Shown: positions 35,266 through 44,447, numbered from the stretch's first letter. The stretch is 64,000 bases of DNA from Minisyncoccota bacterium (GCA_031291875.1 JARLIE010000112.1:114-64113), one strand, 5' to 3'. Numbers and translations are program-made. The notes: a model not told the origin generated them from the letters alone.

Positions 35266-35293
35266 ATAATACATCATTATGTCAATTTGTCAA
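35266..35293 (-). promoter_or_regulatory. Sortase-operon promoter TTGACA-16-TATTAT, with clustered TGTCAA/TTGACA repeats in the divergent region
   Basis: Consensus -35, good -10, and only ~11 nt to the ATG, suggesting a very short leader. Two direct copies and one inverted copy of TGTCAA lie within 35280-35310. Confidence 0.5.
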
Positions 35294-35360
35294 TAAAGCT
35301 ACCTTGACAAAATCAATTCTGTATGCGAATATACGGGCACTAAAAACTAAGCGAAATTCT

Positions 35361-36377
35361 ATGGCAGAACACGCGCATCCCGAATTGCCGACAGCAGACT
35401 CTCACGATACCCACGAAGAGCGCAAGTCTTCCCTCTTGACCGATATTCTCACGATTATCGGTTTTGCCATTCTTTTCATTATCATCATTTGGGGCATCAT
35501 CCACTTGGTCGAGCTCATCGCGAGCTCGTTCTCTTCCAACGGCTCCAAGCCACAAGCGACGATCCAAGTAAGTGCGCCCGCAGAAGTCGTATCTGGGCAG
35601 CCTGTTACGATCTCGTGGAACTACCAAGCGCCTTCGAACGGTTCCTATGCGTTCTTGTATCAGTGCCAAAGCGGACTCTCCTTCCAGATGTCGACCGCAA
35701 AGGACTCGAATATCCCCTGCGGCGTCGCCTACTCGATTGGCAACGCGAGCAGTACCGTTGCCGGTAAAACGGGCTCGATCACGCTCATTCCGATGCTGAC
35801 GAGTACCTCTTCGGTGCGCGACACCGTCTCGCTTGTATTCATCCCGAGCCAGAGTGGCTCCCAAGTGCAGGGCACGGCAACCATGACGATTGACCCGGTA
35901 TCCAAAACGGTCACGCAAGTAAAAACGACTCAGCCGAGCTCTTCCGTGGTGAAAACGCGCGGCACCTCCTACGGCGGCCCCGCGGATCTCTCGGTGCGCA
36001 TCATATCGGCGTACGTGGATCAAACTGGTACCGGTATCGTCACCTTCGACATCGCGAATATCGGCGGTTCGACCAGCGACGCCTACACCTTCAGCGCACA
36101 GTTGCCGACCGCACAGTCGTACCCGTACGTCTCCCCGTTCCAAGCGCCGCTCGCTCCCGGATCGCACGTGACAAGTACCCTGCGCTTCACGGACGTTGCC
36201 TCGGGTGGCGGACTCTTCAGTGTCTCGATTCTCGACGGTCGCGATGCAAATCCGTCCGACGATTACGCTTCGACGCAGCTGAGCGCGCCGTACCAGCAGT
36301 ACGGACCAACGGGCTACAACAATTACAACAACTACCAGCCGGGACCCTACATCCAGTACCCGAACAATACGTACTAA
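35361..36377 (+). CDS. Membrane-anchored extracellular protein (338 aa): His-rich cytoplasmic N-terminus, one TM helix, S/T-rich beta-rich ectodomain, Y/N/Q-rich C-terminus
   Basis: MAEHAHPELPTADSHDTHEE, then TM LLTDILTIIGFAILFIIIIWGIIHLV. No known domain. The track ORF 35115.. is an upstream extension. Confidence 0.5.
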   Translation: MAEHAHPELPTADSHDTHEERKSSLLTDILTIIGFAILFIIIIWGIIHLVELIASSFSSNGSKPQATIQVSAPAEVVSGQPVTISWNYQAPSNGSYAFLYQCQSGLSFQMSTAKDSNIPCGVAYSIGNASSTVAGKTGSITLIPMLTSTSSVRDTVSLVFIPSQSGSQVQGTATMTIDPVSKTVTQVKTTQPSSSVVKTRGTSYGGPADLSVRIISAYVDQTGTGIVTFDIANIGGSTSDAYTFSAQLPTAQSYPYVSPFQAPLAPGSHVTSTLRFTDVASGGGLFSVSILDGRDANPSDDYASTQLSAPYQQYGPTGYNNYNNYQPGPYIQYPNNTY

Positions 36378-36429
36378 TAAAAAAGTAAAAAACCGCGACC
36401 CGATTTTCGGGTCGCGGTTTTTGTTGGCG

Positions 36430-38484
36430 TTAAATGTCGAGTGTCGCCTCCTTCGCGTGCGACTGGATGAAGGATTTGCGAGCAGGTACGTCGGTGCCCA
36501 TGAGCATGTCGAAGACTTGGTCGGCATCTTGTGCGTCTTCGATATCGACTCGCTTCAGAATGCGACGAGTAGGGTCCATAGTCGTTTCCCACAATTCTTC
36601 CGAGTTCATTTCACCCAAACCTTTGTATCGTTGGACTGAGATTTTCGGCTTTCGCTTGGCGTTCGCTGCCTCTTCCTCCACTTCTTCTGGTTCGGATTCG
36701 GATTCCTCCTCGGTCCCTTCTACTTCGATCGGCATCTCTTCGCCGACGAACTTAATGCGTTCTTCGTCGGAATAGGCGTATGCGATCTCTTTGCCTTTAC
36801 GGATCTTAAAGAGCGGCGGCTGCGCGATGTAGAGGAAGCCACCATCGACGACCGGGCGGAAGTGTCGGTAAAAGAGTGTTAAAAGAAGTGTACGGATGTG
36901 CGCACCGTCGACGTCGGCATCAGTTGCGATGATAATCTTGTGATAGCGGAGTTTTGAAAGGTCGAAAATGTCGCCGATTGCGGTACCGAGCGCGACGACG
37001 AGGTTTTTGATCTGCTCGGACGCGAGCATCTTGTCGAGACGCGCACGCTCGATGTTGAGGATCTTGCCTCGAAGCGGAAGTACGGCCTGGATGCGGCGGT
37101 CGCGGCCCGTTTTGGCCGTGCCACCTGCCGAGTCCCCCTCCACGATAAAGAGCTCTGATTCTTCCGCGCTCTTGCTTTGGCAGTCGGCCAATTTGCCCGG
37201 CAGCGTCATGCCGTCGAGCGCCCCCTTGCGCAGAATCGAATCTTTGGCGGCCTTCGCCGCCTTGCGAGCCTTCATTGCGAGCGTCGCCTTGCCGATAATC
37301 GCGCGAGCTTCGTCCGGATGCTCTTCGAGGAATGCCGCGAACGCTTCACCAAATACGGAGGCTGTCGCACCCTGCGCCTCGACACTGCCGAGTTTGCCCT
37401 TCGTCTGACCTTCGAATTGGATTTCACGCAGTTTTACCGAGACAACGGCTGTGAGGCCTTCGAGCACATCCTCACCGGTGAAGCTGTCGCCCTTGTTGAC
37501 CGCGTTGAGGGTACGCGTGAGCGCGGTTTTGAAACCGGTTATATGCGTACCGCCTTCCGGGTTGTAGATGTTGTTGGCGAAAGCCGAAATGCGCGACGTG
37601 ATGTCGTCGACATATTGCAAAGCGACTTCCACCTGAACATCATCGACTTCCTTGTCGACATAAAAGACATTCTTATGGACCGGTTCAAGGTGTTTGTTCT
37701 GGAACGAAACGAGGGAGCGCAATCCGCCCTCGAAGTAAAAGGTGACCGACGGCGCGTCCATGCCGAGTTCGCGCATGTAAAATACGCCGACATCATCGAT
37801 GTCTTTCGCGTCGCGAAGATCGATAATCGAAATGCGAAGTCCACGCACCAGGTATGCCTGCTGGCGCAAGTGGTTCACGATGCGATCCCAGTTGTATTCG
37901 ATGGTCGGGAAAATGGTCGGGTCGGCCTGGAAAACAGTGATGGTGCCGTGGAGGTCGGAACTTGCGAGCTTTTTTACTTTTGCGACGGCTTTTCCGCCGT
38001 TTTTGTATTCCTGCTCGTATTTGCCGCCGTCGCGGTGAACCTCGACGCGGGCATAGGTTGAAAGCGCGTTGACGACAGAAGCACCGACGCCGTGCAGACC
38101 GCCGGATACCTTGTAACCTTCGCCGCCGAATTTACCGCCCGCGTGCAGCGTCGTCATGATCGTTTCGAGTGCTGAGACTTTGGTCTTCGGGTGAATGTCG
38201 ACGGGGATACCGCGGCCGTTGTCGGCGACACGGACCATGTTGTTGGGCAACATTACGACCTCAATGTCGTTCGCGAAGCCACCCATCGCCTCGTCGCGAG
38301 AGTTGTCGAAGATTTCCCAGATCAAGTGATGCAAACCATCGACGCCGGTGGTGCCGATGTACATACCCGGGCGGCGGCGCACTGCCTCCAAGCCCTCGAG
38401 CACTGTAATATCCGCCGCTCCGTACGAAGAACCCCCATTTTTCGGGGCCGATTTCTTCTCTTTTTCTGCCTTAGTTGTAGCCAT
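36430..38484 (-). CDS. gyrB: DNA gyrase subunit B
   Basis: GHKL ATPase (GLHHLIWEIFDNSRDEA, GLHGVGASVVNALS), Toprim (EGDSAGG...PLRGKILN), and a GyrB C-terminal tail carrying an acidic insertion. Confidence 0.95.
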   Translation of the reverse strand: MATTKAEKEKKSAPKNGGSSYGAADITVLEGLEAVRRRPGMYIGTTGVDGLHHLIWEIFDNSRDEAMGGFANDIEVVMLPNNMVRVADNGRGIPVDIHPKTKVSALETIMTTLHAGGKFGGEGYKVSGGLHGVGASVVNALSTYARVEVHRDGGKYEQEYKNGGKAVAKVKKLASSDLHGTITVFQADPTIFPTIEYNWDRIVNHLRQQAYLVRGLRISIIDLRDAKDIDDVGVFYMRELGMDAPSVTFYFEGGLRSLVSFQNKHLEPVHKNVFYVDKEVDDVQVEVALQYVDDITSRISAFANNIYNPEGGTHITGFKTALTRTLNAVNKGDSFTGEDVLEGLTAVVSVKLREIQFEGQTKGKLGSVEAQGATASVFGEAFAAFLEEHPDEARAIIGKATLAMKARKAAKAAKDSILRKGALDGMTLPGKLADCQSKSAEESELFIVEGDSAGGTAKTGRDRRIQAVLPLRGKILNIERARLDKMLASEQIKNLVVALGTAIGDIFDLSKLRYHKIIIATDADVDGAHIRTLLLTLFYRHFRPVVDGGFLYIAQPPLFKIRKGKEIAYAYSDEERIKFVGEEMPIEVEGTEEESESEPEEVEEEAANAKRKPKISVQRYKGLGEMNSEELWETTMDPTRRILKRVDIEDAQDADQVFDMLMGTDVPARKSFIQSHAKEATLDI

Positions 38485-38561
38485 GTTTTAGTGATTTGAG
38501 TATACCAAATGCCCGGGTAGTCCGCCACCGCAAACACCACAGTTTTGAGCCTGCGTATATA

Positions 38562-40346
38562 TTACCGAACCGCAAATCCCTTCGCCGCAACGGCACTCGA
38601 AATCGTATTCATGATCGCGTTGACCTCGGCGTCGGTGAGCGTCCGGTCTAAGGATTGGAACACTAAATGGAACGCGTACGAAATACGGTCGTCTTTTTTG
38701 AATTGATCAAAAAGATCAACGTGCTGCAGGAGCCCCTGCGAGTACTCACCAAAAATCCTGATAACTTCTGTAAACGACTGATCGCTTTGTGGGACCCACA
38801 TCGCGATGTCGCGCACGATAAACGGATATTTCGAGAATGGCTTGTAGCGCGTCGCGGTTGAGGTCGGGAACTTTTCATATGCTGAAGCTGATTTTCCTTC
38901 GAGCCGGTCTTCGCGCACCCCCTTTTCGTCGGCACTACCGAGCATAGTGATCTCATCCCCCTTCTGCCAAATCACGCCGATCTCGAAGAGACGAACCTTT
39001 TGCAAACCAAGCAGCGTCTTGGTGCGTTCGTTTTTCTCGTAGGCCTCCTTGAGACCGTCGATGAGTGTTCGGCGCAGGTAGGGACGCACCCCGTCCACTT
39101 TGTTGGCGACGACTCGATCACCTTTGTCGGCGAAAACTGACGTGACTACCTCGGAATACCCTTGCGCGATAAGGTTTTCGCGTGCCTCTTCGGCAGCATA
39201 AAAATGCTCGTTTACCTGCGGGTGCGCACGAGACGCCGATAATGCGACCGCGGGAATCGTGTCGTACCCGATGATACGGCCGACCTCTTCAATAAGATCT
39301 TCGGCGATTACGAGGTCGAGTCGCTCGAACGGAGCAAATACCGTGAATTGTTCACCTTCGCGCGAAAACGCGAATCGCAAACGAGTGAAGGCGTCTTCAA
39401 TATCCTCGATTCGAAGTTGCGTGCCGAGTACTCGATTGAGCTTCTCGAGCGAGACCGATACGGATCTTGGCGCTTGTGGCTGAGGGTATTCGTCGACATA
39501 TCCGACGACTTCCCCGCCCGCAAGTTCCAGAATCGTGTCGACGACAGCGTGCATCGCATACGAAACAAGCTCCGGCGAAAGTATCTGTTCGAACCGACTT
39601 GAAGCGTCCGTGCGCAATTTGAGCATCTGGGATGTTTTGCGAACGGAGACGCCGTAGAAATTTGCCGACTCTATGATGATGTCTTGCGTTTCCTCCGTGA
39701 TGGCCGCCGGAGCGCCGCCTTTGACGCCGGCAATGCCGATGGGCATATCCGTATGGCCGTCCGCGATCACAAGCATCGAATCCGAGAGCAGGTATTCCTT
39801 GCCATCGAGCGCAACCATTCGCTCGTCTTTCTTCCCTTTGCGAACCGCAATCGCGTATTTACCGTCACGATCAGAGAGCTTGCCTGCGTCGAACGCGTGC
39901 AACGGCTGGCCGATGTGGAACATCACGTAGTTGGTTGCATCAACGACATTGTTGATCGACTTTTGCCCAAGCGATTCCAATCTCTCGCGCAGCCACTGCG
40001 GCGAGGGGCCGACCTTTACGCCGCGGATATGACAAGCGACGTAGCGCGGGCACAAATCTTTTTCCTTGATGTCGACCGAGACACTCGACGTCACTGGCTC
40101 AAGTATCGGCGCTTGCGCGAGGTCGTCGCGCGACATTTTCACATTCAAAATCGCCGAAAGCTCTTTGGCAATACCGCGATGGCACAAGCAATCGTGTCCA
40201 CGATTCGCCGTAACTTTTACGTCGAGGATCTCGTCCTCGATGGACTCGATTTCGAATGCGTGGAATGTGAGTGCATCACCAAGCGCTATCGCGTTCGGTA
40301 ACTCGTCGTCGAAAAACTTTTGCAGCCAGACTCGGGAGATTTTCAT
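38562..40346 (-). CDS. pheT: Phenylalanyl-tRNA synthetase beta subunit (short form lacking the N-terminal tRNA-binding domain)
   Basis: B3/B4, B5 and C-terminal catalytic-like/anticodon-binding domains. Immediately downstream of pheS. Confidence 0.9.
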   Translation of the reverse strand: MKISRVWLQKFFDDELPNAIALGDALTFHAFEIESIEDEILDVKVTANRGHDCLCHRGIAKELSAILNVKMSRDDLAQAPILEPVTSSVSVDIKEKDLCPRYVACHIRGVKVGPSPQWLRERLESLGQKSINNVVDATNYVMFHIGQPLHAFDAGKLSDRDGKYAIAVRKGKKDERMVALDGKEYLLSDSMLVIADGHTDMPIGIAGVKGGAPAAITEETQDIIIESANFYGVSVRKTSQMLKLRTDASSRFEQILSPELVSYAMHAVVDTILELAGGEVVGYVDEYPQPQAPRSVSVSLEKLNRVLGTQLRIEDIEDAFTRLRFAFSREGEQFTVFAPFERLDLVIAEDLIEEVGRIIGYDTIPAVALSASRAHPQVNEHFYAAEEARENLIAQGYSEVVTSVFADKGDRVVANKVDGVRPYLRRTLIDGLKEAYEKNERTKTLLGLQKVRLFEIGVIWQKGDEITMLGSADEKGVREDRLEGKSASAYEKFPTSTATRYKPFSKYPFIVRDIAMWVPQSDQSFTEVIRIFGEYSQGLLQHVDLFDQFKKDDRISYAFHLVFQSLDRTLTDAEVNAIMNTISSAVAAKGFAVR

Positions 40347-40347
40347 A

Positions 40348-41085
40348 CTAAAACTGGTTTACGAACCGAAGGTCGGCGGAGTGCATGAGACGAACGTCGT
40401 CGATGCCCCAGCGCAAAAGCGCGAGGCGATCGAGACCCATGCCGAACGCGAAGCCCTGGTGTTTTTCGGGATCAACGCCCGCGTTTCTGAGCACGCTCGG
40501 ATGCACCATACCCGCACCCATCATTTCGATCCAACGATCGCGCAATTTCTCCGGCGCTTTGTCGCCAACGAGGCGCATATCGACTTCGACCGAAGGTTCG
40601 GTGAACGGAAAAAAGCTCGGACGAAAACGAATCTCGACCTGAGAGCCCTTAAAAAGTTCTTGGAGAAAACGCTCGAGTGTTCCCTTTAAATTGGCGAGGG
40701 TGACATCTTCGCCGACCGCGAGACCCTCGATTTGGAAAAACTCTGCTTCATGAGTCATGTCCGTCGCTTCATTGCGAAACACCTTGCCGGGGACGATGAC
40801 GCGATACGGGGGTTCGACACCCTTCTTAGCCTGCGACTCCATGTAGCGCACCTGTACGGGCGAAGTGTGGGTGCGCAACACCATGCCTGGCTCGTCCTTG
40901 ATGAAAAACGTGTCCTGCATATCGCGTGCAGGGTGATCCTTGGGCACATTGAGTGCGTCAAAGTTGTACCACTCGTTTTCGACGAGCGGGCCTTCGGCGA
41001 AGGTAAAGCCCATAGCAAAAAATATCTGGTTGGCCTCGCGAATCAGCGAAGAAATTGGGTGTATATGACCCCGTTCATCCGACAT
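40348..41085 (-). CDS. pheS: Phenylalanyl-tRNA synthetase alpha subunit (short form)
   Basis: Class II motifs: FAMGFTF, PARDMQDTFF, RTHTSPVQ, GFAFGMGLDRLAL. Confidence 0.93.
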   Translation of the reverse strand: MSDERGHIHPISSLIREANQIFFAMGFTFAEGPLVENEWYNFDALNVPKDHPARDMQDTFFIKDEPGMVLRTHTSPVQVRYMESQAKKGVEPPYRVIVPGKVFRNEATDMTHEAEFFQIEGLAVGEDVTLANLKGTLERFLQELFKGSQVEIRFRPSFFPFTEPSVEVDMRLVGDKAPEKLRDRWIEMMGAGMVHPSVLRNAGVDPEKHQGFAFGMGLDRLALLRWGIDDVRLMHSADLRFVNQF

Positions 41086-41185
41086 TCAGCTAGTATACCG
41101 TACAACTTATTTTGTATCCGCTTCTACGGCCGACCAGCCGTAGGGGCTGACAAAACGGCTTTTTTCTGGTAAAATCCTGCGAACC

Positions 41186-42409
41186 ATGATCGACGCTGCG
41201 GTCACCTATACATTGTTGTTCGTCTCGCTGTACTTCGAGATCTTCCTGCTCGTCGCTTTCTTGCAACGCGCTTTTTTGTCCAATACGAATATTTCCACGG
41301 CAGTTTCGAAGTATCCCAAGGTGGCGATTATCGTCCCTTGCTACAACGAGGAAAGCGGCATAAGCGCGACCATCGCGTCGCTTTTGGCATTGCAGTATCC
41401 GAAGGATGCTTTCGAGGTCATCGTTGTGGATGACGGCTCGAAAGACCGTACCTTTGAGATCGCCAAGCAGTTCGAGGCAGATTCACGAGTGCACGTTTTT
41501 CACAAAGAAAACGGTGGCAAGCACTCGGCAATGAATCTCGGACTCTCGAAGACGAATGCGGAACTTATCGGCTGTCTGGATGCGGACTCTATCGTCGAAC
41601 CGGAGGCGCTCCTCAGTATCGTTTCGATTTTCCAAAACGAGAAGGTCGCCGCCGTCACGCCGGGTATCCACGTCAAAGAAACGGGTAATCTTCTGCAGCA
41701 CATGCAAAAAGTCGAGTATCGGCTTTCTATTTTCAACCGCTTCATGCTGGCGGCGCTCGGCAGCGCGTTCATTACCCCGGGGCCCTTCTCTATCTTTCGC
41801 GCATCGATCGTTCGAGAACTCGGCGGTTGGCGCTACGGCCACTCGACCGAAGACATGGAAATGGCGCTCCGTATGCAGGACGCCGGCTTCTTGATCGCAA
41901 ACGCGCCGAAAGCAATCGTCCACACAGGAACCCCAAAGACCATCCGCAAACTCTTCCACCAGCGCGTACGCTGGACGTACGGCTGGCTTCGCAACGCCGT
42001 TGATTACCGCCACATGATCGGCAATCGCAACTACGGCAATCTCGGCATTATCATCTTGCCGAGCGCGCTCATCTCGATTGGCGCGGCGCTCTTTTTCTTC
42101 TTCAAAATCATCTTGGAGTTCGCGGTGCTCGCGCAGCACGAGTTCCTCAAAATCCAAGTCACGGGCACTGTCCCGCACCCCATGTTCAGCTTCTTTTATT
42201 TCAACACCAGCATGATGTCGATTCTGGTATGGGTCGCCGTCGGCCTCATCCTTCTCCTGGTCGCTTTGGGCTCTTTGATTGGCACGGGCAAACGCACGTT
42301 GCCGATCGGAACCCCACTTTTCGTGCTTTTTTACAGCTTTCTCGTGCCGCTATGGCTCGGGACGGCGGTAGTTCGCGCGGCGTTTAAAACTGGTGTACGC
42401 TGGCGCTGA
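41186..42409 (+). CDS. Membrane-integrated family-2 glycosyltransferase (processive, QxxRW type)
   Basis: VAIIVPCYNEE, VIVVDDGS, DAD, QRVRWTYGW, plus N- and C-terminal TM helices. Confidence 0.85.
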   Translation: MIDAAVTYTLLFVSLYFEIFLLVAFLQRAFLSNTNISTAVSKYPKVAIIVPCYNEESGISATIASLLALQYPKDAFEVIVVDDGSKDRTFEIAKQFEADSRVHVFHKENGGKHSAMNLGLSKTNAELIGCLDADSIVEPEALLSIVSIFQNEKVAAVTPGIHVKETGNLLQHMQKVEYRLSIFNRFMLAALGSAFITPGPFSIFRASIVRELGGWRYGHSTEDMEMALRMQDAGFLIANAPKAIVHTGTPKTIRKLFHQRVRWTYGWLRNAVDYRHMIGNRNYGNLGIIILPSALISIGAALFFFFKIILEFAVLAQHEFLKIQVTGTVPHPMFSFFYFNTSMMSILVWVAVGLILLLVALGSLIGTGKRTLPIGTPLFVLFYSFLVPLWLGTAVVRAAFKTGVRWR

Positions 42410-42412
42410 TCT

Positions 42413-43114
42413 ATGGACCCGGTCGTCAATACCCGCACCGCTCGCTGGAGCAGCTACCTCGTCGCGTTTTTGATTACGGCGCTTATTTTCGCGACCGCAC
42501 TCTATGTCTCCAATTACTTTAACGAGCAACGTGTAGCGGATATCCAGGCGACGGAAAACGATGTTTCCGCGCAAATTCTCTCGACAGAGACACAGTTCGA
42601 CCTTCTGCAGGAGCACCCGTGTTCCGATGTCAGCGAAACGGACCTCGCGCCGAGCGAAATGACCTCACTGGGATCTGAGCTCGATTACCTGGAGGCGCAG
42701 GGCGGCAACCAGGCCGAGATCGCGAGACTCAAGAGCACGTATTCCCTGCTTGAAATCAAAGACTATCTTGCGATGCGCCAGCTCGCGACAAAATGCAGCT
42801 TGAAGCCGGTCTTTATTTTGTACTTCTATTCCAACAAGGGCGACTGTCCGCAATGTGAGGCGCAAGGCGACGTGCTCACCGCGTTTTCGCAGGAATACCC
42901 CATGCTTCGCGTCTATTCGTTCGACTACAACCTGCAGGTCGGCGCGCTACAGACACTCATCTCGATCGACCACGTTGACAACAATTTGCCGGCGCTTGTG
43001 ATCAACGGAAAAACCTACTATGGATTCCAGTCGATGCAGGCTATTCAAAAGATATTGCCCCAATTGAAGACGCTTCAGACGGCTAGTTCGACGGCGAGTT
43101 CTACTGCTAAGTAG
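42413..43114 (+). CDS. Membrane-anchored protein with a CPQC (CxxC) motif in an extracytoplasmic domain, translationally coupled to the GT2
   Basis: The start is 3 nt after the GT2 stop. N-terminal TM helix. FILYFYSNKGDCPQCEAQG resembles a thioredoxin-like CxxC context. Confidence 0.4.
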   Translation: MDPVVNTRTARWSSYLVAFLITALIFATALYVSNYFNEQRVADIQATENDVSAQILSTETQFDLLQEHPCSDVSETDLAPSEMTSLGSELDYLEAQGGNQAEIARLKSTYSLLEIKDYLAMRQLATKCSLKPVFILYFYSNKGDCPQCEAQGDVLTAFSQEYPMLRVYSFDYNLQVGALQTLISIDHVDNNLPALVINGKTYYGFQSMQAIQKILPQLKTLQTASSTASSTAK

Positions 43115-43118
43115 TTGT

Positions 43119-43267
43119 GGAAGTTGGAGTTGGGCTTCGTCGTCTAGGAGTTGATCGGCGGCTCAAAAACAAGCGGTCCGCAGAGTACCTACAAATTAGT
43201 TGGAGTTTGTTGGAAGTTGGAGTTGGGCTTCGCCGGCAATTAGTCGGTCGGTGGCTCAAAAACAAGA
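43119..43267 (+). repeat. Two ~56-bp direct repeats (93-bp period), each ending in GGCTCAAAAACAAG
   Basis: Copy A at ~43119-43174 and copy B at ~43212-43267 are ~80% identical (GGAAGTTGGAGTTGGGCTTCG...GGCTCAAAAACAAG). The terminal motif GGCGGCTCAAAAACAA also occurs, inverted, at the 3' end and flank of the adjacent tRNA-Thr. Confidence 0.6.
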
Positions 43268-43294
43268 CGGCCCCTTCAGGGCCGGTTGTTTTTG

Positions 43295-43367
43295 AGCCGC
43301 CTCCCAGACTTGAACTGGGGACCTTCTCTTTACAAAAGAGTTGCTCTACCAACTGAGCTAAGGCGGC
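43295..43367 (-). tRNA. tRNA-Thr (anticodon UGU), no encoded CCA
   Basis: Manual fold: acceptor GCCGCCT/AGGCGGC (7 bp), D-arm GCTC-AGTTGGTA-GAGC, anticodon stem CTCT/AGAG with loop TTTGTAA, T-arm CCCAG-TTCAAGT-CTGGG, discriminator U. A terminator hairpin plus T-tract follows. Confidence 0.8.
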
Positions 43368-43378
43368 TTGTTCGGCGA

Positions 43379-43816
43379 TTATAGAGCGGATAGCTCTTCT
43401 TCGCCATTGTCGTTCTCCTGCCTCTCTACAGAGGCATCCTCGGAACCGCTCTTGTGTTCTGCGACCTTCTTGAGGAACTCCGACTTCGTTTCGCGCGGCT
43501 CGAAGTTGCGCTTGTGCGAGACGCTGTCGGCGAGGCGGTGGGATTGCTTACCGAGCCAGATCGCAAGATGCCCTGCATCCACCGCAATCCCCTGTACGAT
43601 GCTGGTCGCCGCGTCCAAAAGAAACGGTGGCAGATGCTCGACATCTTTGCGAGCTGCAAGCGCAAGCTCTTTGAGGTGAAGCGCCTGGGCATCGGCCCGC
43701 TGACGGAGATTTCGGAACAGGACTCGCTCATGCGAGAGTTCCCAGCGCTTCAACGTGAAGAGCCCGACAATAAGTATGAGTGCGATGAAGAAAACGATGG
43801 CAGTGGAAATAACCAT
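43379..43816 (-). CDS. Hypothetical membrane-anchored protein (145 aa)
   Basis: N-terminal TM helix and a charged C-terminal region. Translationally adjacent to tsf. Confidence 0.4.
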   Translation of the reverse strand: MVISTAIVFFIALILIVGLFTLKRWELSHERVLFRNLRQRADAQALHLKELALAARKDVEHLPPFLLDAATSIVQGIAVDAGHLAIWLGKQSHRLADSVSHKRNFEPRETKSEFLKKVAEHKSGSEDASVERQENDNGEEELSAL

Positions 43817-43820
43817 GGCC

Positions 43821-44402
43821 TTAGCGTACCGAAAGGCGCTCGAAGCGGGTTACTTCGATCTTCTCGCCGAACTTCTGTACGTACGTGTCAATCAATTCGC
43901 GAATCGTAATGCTGGAGTCTCGCAGGTAAGGCTGGTCGAGCAAGACGCGTTCGGCGAGGTACCCGTCGAGCTTTCCTTGCAACGCCTTCTCGCGAGCCGC
44001 CTCCGGCACATTCTTTACCTCCTCTTCGAAAACATCCTTCGCGGCGCGAATGTCTTCTTCCTTCACGTCTTCGCGAGAGCGGAATTTCGGATTCATTGCC
44101 GCGACCTGCATCGCGATCTCATAAGCCAATTTTGAAAAGTCCTCGTTCTTGGAGACGAAGTCGGTCTCGCAGGAAAGAACGACTGCGCCGAGAACCTGCC
44201 CACCCGCGTGGGTGTAGGCCGCGACCACGCCTGCCGCGAGCTCGCGGTCTGCCTTCTTAGAAGCGATCGCTGAAGATGCCTTGCGAAGAATTACTTTCGC
44301 CTTTTCGATGTCGCCTCCTGCCTCTTCGAGCGCCTTGCGGCACTGCATGATTGAAACGCCAGTATCGTCGCGAAGTTGTTTAAGTGCGTCTGAAACCGCC
44401 AT
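43821..44402 (-). CDS. tsf: Elongation factor Ts (short form)
   Basis: UBA-like N-terminus (VSIMQCRKALEEAGGDIEKA) and TSF signatures (LSCETDFV, AMQVAAMNP). Confidence 0.9.
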   Translation of the reverse strand: MAVSDALKQLRDDTGVSIMQCRKALEEAGGDIEKAKVILRKASSAIASKKADRELAAGVVAAYTHAGGQVLGAVVLSCETDFVSKNEDFSKLAYEIAMQVAAMNPKFRSREDVKEEDIRAAKDVFEEEVKNVPEAAREKALQGKLDGYLAERVLLDQPYLRDSSITIRELIDTYVQKFGEKIEVTRFERLSVR

Positions 44403-44447
44403 AGGTAAAAATGATTATAGTAGATATCCTACCAAACTTTTAAGCTG

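Noticed and set aside
43119-43267. Second tRNA or tRNA pseudogene within the direct repeats next to tRNA-Thr
   Set aside because: The repeats cannot be folded into a cloverleaf (no D or T arms). Only the last ~16 nt resemble the tRNA 3' end.
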